The notes beneath the pieces are model-generated. The model saw nothing but the letters and a program-made list of their open reading frames with translations, was not told where the DNA came from and did no database searches. Of a stretch of DNA of 64,000 bases, positions 34,033-46,268 are shown in pieces (positions within the stretch are counted from its first letter, which is position 1; each line of letters begins with the position of its first letter). The position numbers were made by a program, and so were the translations under genes. The stretch covers positions 34,288,001 to 34,352,000 of the forward strand of contig NC_087447.1 of the NCBI RefSeq assembly GCF_036321535.1, written 5' to 3'. Origin of the DNA: Camelus dromedarius (lineage: Eukaryota).

Positions 34033-37000
34033 CTTCAGTTTCTCCATCTGTAAAATGGGTTTCATGTCACAGAGTCCTTGCCAAGAATCAAATGAGGTAT
34101 GTATTAAAAGTACTCAGCATAATGCACGGCACACAGTTAATGCTCCATCAATGAGAGGTTCATACTCAGTGAGAATGTTGACTTCTTATCTGGCCTTTGT
34201 GTGTAGAAATGAGTTCTTAAAGGTGAAAAGGGCCAAGGGGAAGACTGGGGCCCTATTCTGACTCTGTCTCTGCCTTCTGTGTGACTTTGAGCAAGTTACT
34301 TTCCCTTTCTGGGCCTCAGTTACTCTATCTGAAGTGAGGAATAGAGCTATTTACAAAGTCCCTTCCAGATTGGACATTCTGCAGCTTCCTACTCTGAGGA
34401 CTGTTCTGGAAAGAGCATTGGGAGAATATGAGGGGTGGAAGGCTGTCAAGGCAGCGTGAGGGATGGCTAGAGTTTGCTAGATTCGCATCAGGATTAAAAG
34501 CTACCTGGATAAAGGTGGCAAACGTGTGCAGAGTCAGAGGTAGCAGGTTCTTTCTGAGCAAAGACCAAAGAATTGTTCAAAAGATCAAGGAGAGTGAGAG
34601 AAAAATATCTGGAAAAAAAAAAAATGAGGCCTGGGGCAGAGGTGAGAGAAAAGGAACATTTGTGTAAGTGAGTAGCATCAGGATGGATAAGCTTTAAGAA
34701 AATGTCTTTAATAAACACATTAGAAAGGAAAGCTCTTTCTGTCAAACCTGGCATGTAAGGAGAGAAAAGAATTCAGGAAGGAGCCTTGGATGAAACTCTG
34801 GGCGAGATGAGCCCATCAAAGGCAAACAGGCAAAAAGGAAGGAGAGGACGATAAGGCCCTTTAAGACAATCCCCACCGGGCATAGGCAAGAAAGAGCAAG
34901 AGGACGGCGGCGAGAGATACGAAGGAGCGCCAAACGTCATGGCCTTGAAAACAGAATCTGCAAAGCTGGGTTCTTTGGGCCTCCAATGTCCTCATTAGAA
35001 TCCCTTTGAAGTACATCAGACTATAATTTTCAAGAGTCAAGAACAAAGCTCCATCTAGCCTTGGGCTCATCTGGCCCTTCAGAAGGCACAAAGTATCTGC
35101 CACAGCTCCCCCAAAGCCACAGACATGAGGCAGGCCTCCCCGCAGATGACAAGCCGCGCTGAAAGATTTTGTGGACTTTGCACTTTTCTTCGTAACAGTC
35201 TCTGGACTCGCCTGAATGTCTTCTCTAGGGGGGACCAATGACTATCCAGTCTGAATGCTGTGATCCCAGAAACTGGCCCCACTGGCTATTATGGTTTGGA
35301 ACTCAATTTTCCTCACAAATGAAGAGTTTTCTCAAGCAGCCTGAGAACTCACACAGTTCTTCTAAGTCCTGATAAGTAGGTAACTTAACCGAATTTCCAC
35401 CTCCGTAATCCCTGTGCTAACATTTTTGGGTCAGATATTGTTCCCATAAGGAGCTTAATTCAGATGCCTTGATATCCAGCGAAATGAAAGCGGGGACGTT
35501 GCAGAATATATTTCATTCCGACTTGAGCCCGACTCTGACAGGTGAGCTTAATTACTGGCTGCCTCCAGCTCCTAATCAACCAGCTTAGGACAGAAAGAAT
35601 AAAGTCATCATAAAGTGTAATGACATTTTAGTCAAACTGGGAACTTGGTCTCAGCAGCCAGTGATTGGGGCGGTGGAGGAAACTTTCAAAGAGGTGAGGA
35701 CAAACCTCCGACAGGGATGCCCCCACCTCCTCGCACATTTAGGTTTCATCATTTTAACGATGACACCGTGCATTCCAGGCCTGTGGAGTCAGGAACTGTA
35801 AATGCTGCATTAACTGCATCTATAAATGATCATCAGCCATAGCCTTTAAGCTTATTAAAAATAAACTGAGAAATGAATCAATCATTGTCAAATACTCAGC
35901 ATGATGTTGCTGCTAAAAATAAAAGTCCATTTGAAATTCTAAAAGCATCTTACAGTGGATGCCTAAACAATATGTTGGTGAAACTTAAAAGGGTCAAAGA
36001 CTCAGAATGGTCCAGAAATGACACTCTTGAGAGTTAGGACCTCCGGGTTCCAATCCTGGCCTTTGTCAGTTACCAGGCTTGCAGTGTGATCAGTCGTCCC
36101 CCATCTCTGCCTGTCAGTATCCTCTATCACGTTCACAGACATCTTTGTCTTTCAGTGTCATGATCTGCCTTGGGAGCCCGGCTGAGAGAGGCTCGCCCTC
36201 TCCTCCGAGCCCGCTTCTCCTTGGTCTGCAGCTCTTTATGGAAGTGGTGCTCGGCCCTCCAGGGAGAATTAAAGCCCCCATCTCTGAGTGCTTCCCATGA
36301 ACCCTTGAATGAAGCATTTTGCCCACATCATTACATTTAACACTGACAACAGCAACACGCATTTAACAGGCGTTTCTCCAGCACTTACTCTGTACCAGGC
36401 ATCATGCGAGGTGCCTGGGATAAGCCGGACAACGAGGCAGGCGTGGCCCTTGTTCCCGAGGGGCTCATGGTATAAGTGTCATTGTACTCGGTTTACACGT
36501 GAGGAGGCAGAGACTCAGCAAAGGCTGAGTGGGAAGTAGCAGAGGTAGGGTTCAACCCTAGCCTAAACTGTTTCACTCCCAGCTGTCCAGGAACATTTCC
36601 TTTTCCCTCTCCCAGAATCCTTGAAGGTGGGCTCTGGGTCTCTGGTGCCTGCCTCCTAGTCTTGCTCAGTAACTAAGGCTGGCTTAGCTGAACTCCACAA
36701 CCCTTGGTTACCTGACTTGTAAAATGCAGGTGAAAAGGTCTGCCTCACTGTCTCCGGGGGCAGATGTGAAAACCCCAGGGCACACATGGGCGTCTGTAAG
36801 GGCTTCCAAACGAGCTGCAACCAAATGCGACTTGGAGGCGGTTTCCTCCACAGGAAATTCAATCTCCTGGCTCCCCCACTCCACTGGTCAGCCCTGCCTG
36901 AAGCCTCAGTGCTCCCTCCTCTCACATCAGAGCCTTCCCACAAAGCCTCCAGAAGGTCTCATTACATGCCCAGCACATCCCCCAAATGCCACGCTCAACT

Positions 37001-38785
37001 GCCCGTGTGCTCAGATTTCCCCGGCTGGGCACCATCTCCCTGCCACCCGGTCAGTGGGGCCCTGGGGGCAGTAGGCAGGGGGCCTGGCAGCCCAACTGAG
37101 ACTTCCAGGCCCTTCCAGGTCTCCACCTGGGCAGAGTGTTCTCGGTTTCTAGATGGGTTCACTGTCAGGATGGAAAGTGACACTGGCTATTTCCTGGAAG
37201 GGGATAATTGCTGAGACAAAGTATAAAGTGAATAGCCTACCCCAGCTCTGCTTGATCTTTTCATTTTAAAAAACCAAACAACTTGAAACCAGATCAATAC
37301 CACAGCCTGCAGACAGGCAGGGAAATGCAAAGGGGGCCGGGAATGAGACAAAAGTCTATCTGCCTCCTCCCAAAGGCAACTTGGACACTGGGTGGCCTGA
37401 CCATGGACACACAGCTCCTGTCCCAGGTCCCATCCACTCCTAACTATCTAGTGAGCTTGCTTTATCCAGCCCTTTCTGACTGCCATCCTGTTTGAGAATG
37501 GCACAGTGTGATGGAAGGTGACTGAGTTCTCCATCTGTGCTGTGTGACCTCAAATTACTGACTCAACCTCTCTGAGCCTCAAGTGTCACTTAAACTGGGT
37601 ATAATTTCCCAATACACTGGGTATAATTATTCCTACCCCAAAGATTATTGGCAGGTAAAGTCATAGAAGTGATGACATAAATATTTAATAAAAGGTAGAC
37701 AGTAAGATAATAATCAACTCTTTTTTTTTTTTAAGAGGGGAGGGACATGAGGAGAGCCTGGCTTTATAAAGCTTCGTCTTGTGGCCTCTCTCAGTCAGGA
37801 TTGGAGGGAGCACCCTAGGACGGGGATATGACTGACTGACACTGAGGACAGGGCAAAGGAAGGGCAATAGAAGCAAGATTTCTAAAAGAGAAATGGAGGG
37901 GCGCGTGGCAAAGGGTGTTAGGTGCATCCAAAGAATGTGGGATTCAGATAAAATCTAAGTAAAAATGAAAGAAATCCATTTCTAGTTTTGCCACCCACAA
38001 CTACTTATTAAAGCTGCCTTCTTCTGATTAATCCTCCATCCGTGCTTTCCCAGCATTCTCCTAGTTAATGACAGTAAACACACTCCATAAGTAAAAGGTG
38101 TAGTCGAGGAGTAATTAATGTGGAGCCATCTAATTCTGAATTTCTAATCATGCTCTACTTACATTAAAATGAGATCCAAGGCATGTGTGACAATCAATTT
38201 TACTCTGGTTTAAAAAAACACACGCTCACAAACTGAAGTCAGTTATTTAGGGAGAGATTGGAGAAGCACTTGGCTTCCATATGTCACCCAAATATGTGGA
38301 GCTCCACTGGTGTGCCTTTCAGGATGTGGCACTGTCACTGCCTCATCTTCTGTAAAGTCACACTCTTGAATATGTTCAAAGAACAAAGATGTATTATGAT
38401 ATCTGGTTTGAACCAGGCCGGCAGAGCTGGGCTTGCGGGAGGGGATGAAGGGGGCCAAGGCTGCAGCTGACTTTACAGTTCTGTTTCTCACTAGCAGTAT
38501 GTTTTAGACAAGTCACTTCTCTTTTCTCTGTGTCAGTGTCTCTATTTCTTCATCTGTAAAATGGGCATGCTATTTTAAGATAAACATGTTGGTGAAAACA
38601 CTTTGGACACTGCAGGGTTCTGCTGCTGTTAGTGATGGCCCAAACACTGCCTAGTGCTTGATGTGATGGCCAGCTACACCCAAATGGCCTGCATTTCATA
38701 CCTTTCCAGTGTCAAAAGCCAGGATGAGGGAGGATGACAAAAGATATGGAAGTAGGTACGTGGAAGGCTAACCTGGGGGCCAAGT

Positions 38786-39030
38786 CCAGGGCCAACTCAC
38801 CCATTAAGGCACAATGCTTAGGACCTACAATATTTGAAGGAGCCCATAGAAATGTTTTAATTTTTTTTTTTGTAATCAAAAGAAAAAAATTAATACCATC
38901 CATCCTGGATTACATCTGGTTTACACCAATGTAGTCGTAACATACACTTTTTAATATCTCTTTTTTTTGATGGAGGAAGGGGTCCACAAAAGCAAAAGTG
39001 TCAAGGGCCCATGAAAGTCAAACTGCATAA
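38786..39030. mobile_element. Probable hAT (Tip100-like) DNA transposon relic
   Basis: Starts cagggccaactcaccc...taggacctacaat and has an AT-rich core followed by aagtgtcaagggcccatga; family uncertain. Confidence 0.45.
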
Positions 39031-39309
39031 TGGACCTTGACCAAGTCCATTGCTAATGAATGCAAACGGACTTCCCTTGTTACCCTTCCCAGAGCCCAGA
39101 TTTCTTCCTCTGGGACTGATATCTGTTCCTAGACATCAGAATCTTCTAGAGAAAATGCCCAGGTCAAGGAATGCGTGGGAATTCCAGACACCACAGCTGG
39201 ATGGAAGGGGAGATTCCTGAGGGGGGAGGAGGAGTGGTTCCTGGGTGCCTCTGGAATCATGCCTTCTAAACTGCCAGCCAGCCTGACCACGGGACTCATT
39301 TTCCAGGTG

Positions 39310-39800
39310 GAGATACTTTCTACTCCCACTGTGGGTGGGAGTATAACCTGGTACAAACTTTCAGGAGAGTCATTTGGCGGTATTTAGCAAAATCTAAGCA
39401 GCAGGTACTCTGACCCAACAATTCTTTCAGGAATCCATCCTAGTCCTTCCTAGGCAATTGTGTGAAGATAAAGGTTCAATGAGCACGTCATTCCTGATGG
39501 AAAAAAACCCAAACAAGCCGAAGTGTCCATCGGAAGGGCAATAGCCAGTAAATTGTGTAGAGCCAATAGCCACACAAGAGGCTGCAATAAAGCAGTTAAA
39601 GAGAGGACATTGGATCTCTGTGTCGAGAGATGATGAGGAGTGGAAGACCTCTGTGGGATGGTGTGTATGGGGAGATTCCAACTGGCGGAGGAAAGAATAG
39701 ATGTATTTGAATACGCTTGGTCTTGTACAAAGATTTCTGAAATGATGCACAAAAAACTGCTCATCGAGGCAGTTGCTGGGAGTGTGGGAATGAGGTAGGC
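39310..39800 (+). mobile_element. Ancient L1M 3' fragment
   Basis: ctgtgggtgggagtataacctggtacaaac...tttggc...tgacccaacaattct...aagtgtccatc...taaattgtg. Confidence 0.7.
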
Positions 39801-41689
39801 TGGAGGGCAAGGTCTTGCTAGGGGGCTGGCGGGGAGCATTCCACAGGGTCTCTGACCAAGTGCGTCATTGGGATCCTCCCCTCTCTGCTCAGTGAAGCCT
39901 GGGGCTCACCCCTAAGATGGGCCTTCATTCCAGATGTATTCCTGGAAGGTCTACACTCTTAGACTCTACACAGACAAGGAGGCAAAAATTGGGGGCTTAA
40001 AACCAAGCTCCCACTTCACTAGTTGAGTGGCACCCTCTATAAGCCTCAGTTTCTTCATCTGTGATATGGAAACACTCACCCCTTAAAGGGCTGCTTTGAG
40101 GAAGAAATGAGACAGCCTCTGTGTAGACAGTGAGTGCCACATCTAGAACATACTCAATAAACATCAACTGCTTCTGAAGCCAGTGGAGGGGTAGGGACGC
40201 TACAGGCAGGGAAGCATGTCACAACCTGAAAGGGACCCTGAGGGCCTGAGGATGGGAATGGCCCTGGCTTGACCCAAACCTTCCACTGCTGGTGGGGCAG
40301 ACACATTCCAGGCTTCTTGAGCTGGACCAGTCCAGCAGCTGCTGTAGCAGGACAATGAGAAGCTGCTGGGATGATGGCCTGACACAGCACACTGGTCGTT
40401 TGTCCATCGCCAGAAAGAGATGAGCTAATGCTTCATGTCCAGGTCCAGATACCATTACATTCCTGGAGCAGGAGAAGCAGCTTGGGGCTGATTCTAGCCC
40501 TTCTATGTGGCCTCATCCTGGCGTGTTTCTGTCTTGTCCCTCATTCAGACCCAGAATTTTGTCCTTGGGAGAGACCCAGACACAAGCTCCCATGCCCAGA
40601 ACTGAGAATTGCATTAGGCATTTTCCACCTGAAGCTACCTTTGGGGAAGGAGGTCACAGCCAAGTCTCAGGAGGAAGAAGGGCCTGGAACACACAGCTAG
40701 GATTGAAGACCCCTGAGCCTCACTCACCCTGAAGATACCTTGGGCCAGCAAAGAGAGAGGACTCACATTCAGCTCTGCTCCTGTCTCCATGCTAGGCTCG
40801 GGTGGTTGGTGGCCCCTCCTACAAGGTCAGGGGAGATGCAAAGCTAGTCTGACTCACAAGTTCAGAAACACTGACCTCTCTTTGCTGCTGCAACCTCGTC
40901 ACCACCGCCCCTCCCACTTGCAGAATCCTTTGCATTTTATAAAGCCTTTCATGGGAGCTTCACAATGGCGTTGTGAGTAGATGCAGAGGATTTTCATCAC
41001 ATTTTAGGTAAGACACAGACTCACAGAAGTTCAGTCCTTTGTCTGAAATCCCAATTAGGAAAGTGAAATTTGAACCTAGGCCACAGGACTCCTCTAATTG
41101 TGCTCTTTCTCCAACTTCACTTGTTTTCTCCTCCTAGATCTCAGTTTTGCCCTCTGTACTGCGAGCAGGTTGAATTGGACCTTCACTCCCCAGGATGCTA
41201 TGAGCTCCGTTGCCTACAATATTGTGAAAGCCTCCACGCTTGCATTGCCACAAACCACCACCAGATGGCAATAGCAGCCACGGCTTCCCAGGGCAGCGGA
41301 TGGGAACATGTGCTTGTCTGCCACCCACAGGTGAATTTATCTGGCCACGGCAGGGGAGGCTTCTTGATTTCCCTACCTGTCTGGTCACCAAGACTGAAGG
41401 ATCGCTACTCCCACTATCTAGAGACAGGCAGGGCAGACACCAGGTCAGGCCCTGGTGCAGGGGGTCCAGCTCCACCAGCTCCAGTAAATTTCCTGGCACC
41501 TGTGCCCCATCTAACTGCACAGGCATTGGGCAGAGCAAGGACATGTCAACTGTTAGCCACCAGGTCCTACCTGGAGCATCTCATGCAGAGGGCAGCATGC
41601 AGTCCATGAGCCCATGCTGCAAACTAGACTCACACCTTTGCCAATCCTGGACCTAGGTGATGACCACATGTGAAATTAATTCTGTGCTC

Positions 41690-41920
41690 AAAGCAGCTGT
41701 TTATTGGGCTCTAGTGATGTGCCAGACCTCATATGAAATACCTGGCACTTACCTCCTTCAATTCTCACAACAAGCCTCTGAGGGCAGAAGCTATTATCCC
41801 CCATGTTTTACTGGCAGGAAAATAAGGCTAAAAGAGGTTATGTCACTTGCCCAAAGTCACCAGAGGTAGTTAGTTAGCAGTAATCCAGAATTTGACCTAA
41901 GCCCATATGACTCCCCGGCT
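41690..41920 (-). mobile_element. MIR SINE
   Basis: tttattgggctctagtgatgtgccag...attctcacaacaagcct...gaggttatgtcacttgcccaaagtcac. Confidence 0.85.
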
Positions 41921-42149
41921 GAAGCTCTTCCCGAAGAATTAGGTTGGGCTGGAGTGTAAGGGGATTGAGAAGGATAAGTGGGAGAAACCAAACTATTAGG
42001 GGAAGCTGAGGCTATCCAGAAAAGGGTCCTGATTCCAGTCTTTGAAAATGGTGCCATTACAGGGTCTAAACCGCTCACTCTTTCCCTCTTGTCACAGTCT
42101 CACCTCCCTCAGGCTGGGGCTACTGGCTGCTGTTGGAAGCGGCACAGGG

Positions 42150-42385
42150 TAAAGGTTAGAGATGTGAGCTCTGTGGCCAGACACCTGGGTTTAGTAGCAA
42201 GGTGACCTTGACTGTGACTCTGAGCTCTTTGCATCCATTTCCTACTCTGCAAATGCACTAATAATAAAAGAAACACCATCTACCTCACAGGTTTATTGTG
42301 AGGATCAGGGGTGATAATACATGTAATGTGCTTTTAACATGCTCTGGATATACAGTAAGCACTCAATAAATGCTTGCTACTATTA
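42150..42385 (+). mobile_element. MIR SINE
   Basis: ctacctcacaggtttattgtgaggat...catgtaatgtgcttt...cagtaagcactcaataaatgcttgctactatt. Confidence 0.85.
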
Positions 42386-43054
42386 CTGACTGGGCAAGTG
42401 TTGCCTGTGGTTTGGTTCTCCTGGCACGCCCTTCTGTCTGCATCTTTCCAAACCTCAATACACCTCCTTCCCTGACTCTCCTGCCCATGACTTCTGACCT
42501 CCGTGACTTTGGCCATGATGTTCCTGCTAGCTAGGTGGCCACTTACCCTACTTCTTTAGAAAAAACTCCAAAATTCCAAGTCCACCACAAAATTAGTACG
42601 GTTTACCTTTAATTAGCTCTTTCTGAATAAGTTTCATTGTCCCTTGATGCTTGCAGGCAGTCAGGCCTCCCAGCACTTCATTCAGTACTTTGCTCATTGT
42701 CAGTGCCCCTGGAAGTACCCAGTGCAAATGACCCCCCACTCAGGGCCTCCAGGTGTGCCTGAGCACTGATGACTATGGGAGGACCTTCTGTTTCCTCTCC
42801 AAGGACAGGATAAAACATTTCCCGCCCTACGGTCTTCTGCAGATGCCCCTTGAAACTGGAATTCATGAAAACTGAATTCCGAAAACAAACACAAAACCCA
42901 AGGCCCTAAGAAGCTCCCCAGCCCAGCTTGGCCAAGTCTGGAGTTGTCAGCCCTCCCTGTCTCCTGAGAGGGAAAATGAGGGCATTTCCCCCACCCAAGA
43001 CGATGTCAATCCCTCTGACTCAAACACTGATTCAAGCAAAAGAAAGGTTTAGCC

Positions 43055-43220
43055 GAGAACTGTAAACTCAAATTCCTAAAAGGGGCAAGCAGCTGGCCAG
43101 GTTTGAGACAACTGGGGATGGTGGGGACTGTGGTAAACACCGATTATTACCTAAAGTCATTCAAACAAACAAATGTATCCACAGACCTAATGCAGCCTGA
43201 GGGCCGTCAGCTTGCAAATT
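43055..43220 (-). mobile_element. MER102-like hAT-Charlie relic
   Basis: aaactcaaattccta...ggtggggactgtggtaaac...aaacaaatgtatccacagacc...gggccgtcagcttgcaa. Confidence 0.6.
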
Positions 43221-45751
43221 TTACCTTAAAAATTTGCCACTGATCCTTAAAGCAGAGGGATTCAGGGTCCTCAGTATGACCTCTGAAGACATACTTAACG
43301 GGGACAGAACTGAGTTTATATTCCAACTCAGTCATTTCCTAGCTGTGTGACCTTGAAGGCTATACCTTCTCTTTACCCATTCTCTCATCATTCACATGGG
43401 AATAAAATGAGACTATCTCATGGGGTTGCTATGATGATTAAATGAGAAAACCGACATGAAAAGACAAACATAGAGTCTGACATATGTAAATGATTTAAAA
43501 TTTTACTGACCAAGCAGGAGGATTGTAAGGGGAGAAGGTAAGATGTGTATTCGTTTCTAATCACCTTGTACCTTCTGGTACAAGCTGTGTGTTCTCTCCA
43601 GCTACTGACTCTTCTCCCAGCAGGTACTAATGTGTAGCCCAGGGGACAGAACCTCACTTGCCAAGCTCCAAGGGTGGCTTTGGGCTCCAGCCTATGTCTC
43701 TGCACTGCCATCGGCAGCCAGGTAGCCCAGCAGCAGCAAGGAGTTAGGACACCTTCAAAGAGCTGCCACAGAGCCCGTGCACCAAAACCCATGTGCCCTC
43801 CTCTATGGCGAGAGACGTGGAGGTCCCCTCACAGCGGTCAGGAACTTTCCTCCTTCGTTTCTCTTAATAAACAAGCCCCATCTGCCAGCTGTGCCCAGCA
43901 CGCCAGGGGTCAGGATATCGGTTTATGTGTCCACCTTGGCCGTAAACACCGCCTCTCCCATTGAAAACTCACCCACAAGTTCCTCACTAGGAAACCTTAC
44001 CACGGTCTCCACACTTAATCCAGAACCAAGCAGATGGAGCTGTCTTTTCATCTCGTGGCTGTGTCTCTCCCACATCTGTCACCCACATTTAAGATCTACA
44101 TCTACAGAGCTGGAAACCCAGCCCAGGCAAGGCTGACAGGCTCCAGATGGCTCCTCAGCAGACACACGTCTAGGAGCCCTCATCCTGCCAGAGCTCAGGC
44201 CACACGGTGCGGAAAGCATAGCCAGCACCCAAACTTTCATTTTAGCCCTTTTAACCTCCCCCTGCAAAGTCCTATGTTACACAACTCCACCTTCTCAGAA
44301 GTCAGAATACATCAAACAAGTGTACTTTTGCCTCCTGGCCCAAGGAGCAGCACAACCCTTGTCAACTGCTCTAAGGGATGAGAAAACAGCGGATTTTTCA
44401 GTCCCGTCTTCCTTTGCTGTCAGGTTGTCAGCAGTGTCACTGCCAGCTGTTGACTGGGCTGTCAGAGCGCCTACTTAACCAGCCCTCCTAGTCAGTTGCT
44501 TTGGATCTGCTGAGGCCTGAGAAATCAGACAATAACTTGTAAAAGCCACCATTCACTGGGCGCTATATGTGTGTCAGACTTCCTGCTAAGGGCTTTCTTT
44601 CTGTGCACGACTTCACTGAACCCTCTCAAGCACCCTGAGATGAATTTCTCTATTTTTCAGATGAGGAAACAAGCTCTGAGTTTAAGGGTCTTGTGTGGAG
44701 GCACAGAGCTAGGAAGGAGTGAGAATCGTTCGTGAATCCAGTCTCTGTGACCTCAAAGACCAGGATGATACACCACCTTCCACCACGTTACTGTGCTTTA
44801 GAATTGTCCACTGGACAGATGGGCCCCTTTCCCCGCTCCTCATCCCCTCCTCCTTGTAATGATGTGATTCACGCCTGTTTTGCCCGCCAGGCTGTGAGAT
44901 CCAGGAAGGCATGGATTCTGTCCTCCCTGTTCACCGTGTCCTGGCCTCTCCCTGCCACATAGAAGTTTAAGAAACAGACAGACACACACTCTTCTCCATT
45001 TCTTTCCCTCATAATTTCTAGTCTCTATGCTCACTACTGTCCTTTAAATCAGGCTTTTGAGTGCCTTCTAGAAATGTTCAAAGTCTCCTTCCAGGGCCTG
45101 GGACCAGCCAGTGAGCCCCAACTAAGACCCGGAATCTGGGGCTCCCTGTCTGCAGTTCGTCCTTCAGGGACCCCTCTGTACTTCCACCTGCTCATGGTAT
45201 TGACCAGATGCCCCAAGGAGCTCCAGCAATGACACCAGTGGTGCTGTCTTGGGCTTCATGGCTGGGCTTCAGTTCTCAAAGTGCAAGAGTATTGCTCCTC
45301 TGGCAGGGGCTGAAGTTCTTTCATGGGATTGTGTGACGTTGGCCTGTCCAAACGGTGCAGGCACACTGATTTCGGGAAAAGAATATTTTTTTAAAATAGG
45401 TAGGAGACCCTTAAAAATATTTTTCAGGGGCCCTATATAGCCTAGGGGAGACTTTGCCTATGCAATCCCTAAAGGAAGACTCCACCAACTTTTATACTGA
45501 TGAGATCTGATTAAAATGAACACAAAGAGTAGCCACGATCAACACCTGAAACAGCAGAGTAGGGGGAGCAGGGGTCACGTGAGTCTGGGTTTTGGAGGCA
45601 GCAGACATGAATCTGAATCCCAGCCCTGCCAGTCTGCTGGCTGAGTGACACTGGGCAAGTTCCCTCCCTCCTTCCTGTGGAGTGAGGTGTAAGTGCTTTG
45701 TTGTAGGAGCTTCGTGAGTTTACTTAAAGGCCCCCAAATCTTTCCAAGTTA

Positions 45752-45973
45752 CAGTTGACCCTGGAACAAGGCAGGAATTAGAGGTGCTGACCCTCCACGC
45801 AGTTGAAAATCCTAACATAACTTGTAGTCAGCCCTCTGTACATGCAGTTCCTCCGTATGTGTGGCTCCACAATCAGCAATTCAACCAACCATGGATCGTG
45901 TAGTACCGCACTATTTACTATTGGAAAAAAATCTGCACGTAAGTGGACCCGTGCAGTTCAAGGGTGAAAATTG
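45752..45973 (-). mobile_element. MER8 (TcMar-Tigger MITE)
   Basis: TA|cagttgaccctggaacaa ... ttcaaccaaccatggatcgtgtagtac...aagtggacccgtgcagttcaagggtgaaaattg|TA; TA target duplication. Confidence 0.85.
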
Positions 45974-46183
45974 TACTTGCATTTTGTGGTCTGACTCCAG
46001 ATGGCTAAGGCAGGCAGGCTGGCAAAGCGATTATGAGTGGGGACACCTGGTCCCAATCCCAGCTCTGCCACCAATTAGTCCTCTGAGCAAGTCAATTCTG
46101 CACAATGACCCTCAGGTATCCCTTCTATGAAATGGATATAATTTTAATTTCCTTGTAAGTTCATTATAAGCAAGACATGAGAA

Positions 46184-46268
46184 ATGTGTGTGTGTGTGTA
46201 TATACATATACATATATATATATATATGTATATATATATACACACACACACACACATACACACATATA
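46184..46268. repeat. Compound (TG)n(TA)n(CA)n microsatellite inside a MIR
   Basis: Direct inspection. Confidence 0.95.

Noticed and set aside
41070..41656. Three overlapping ORFs of 136-179 aa
   Set aside because: No recognisable family; one starts inside a MIR end; consistent with random frames.
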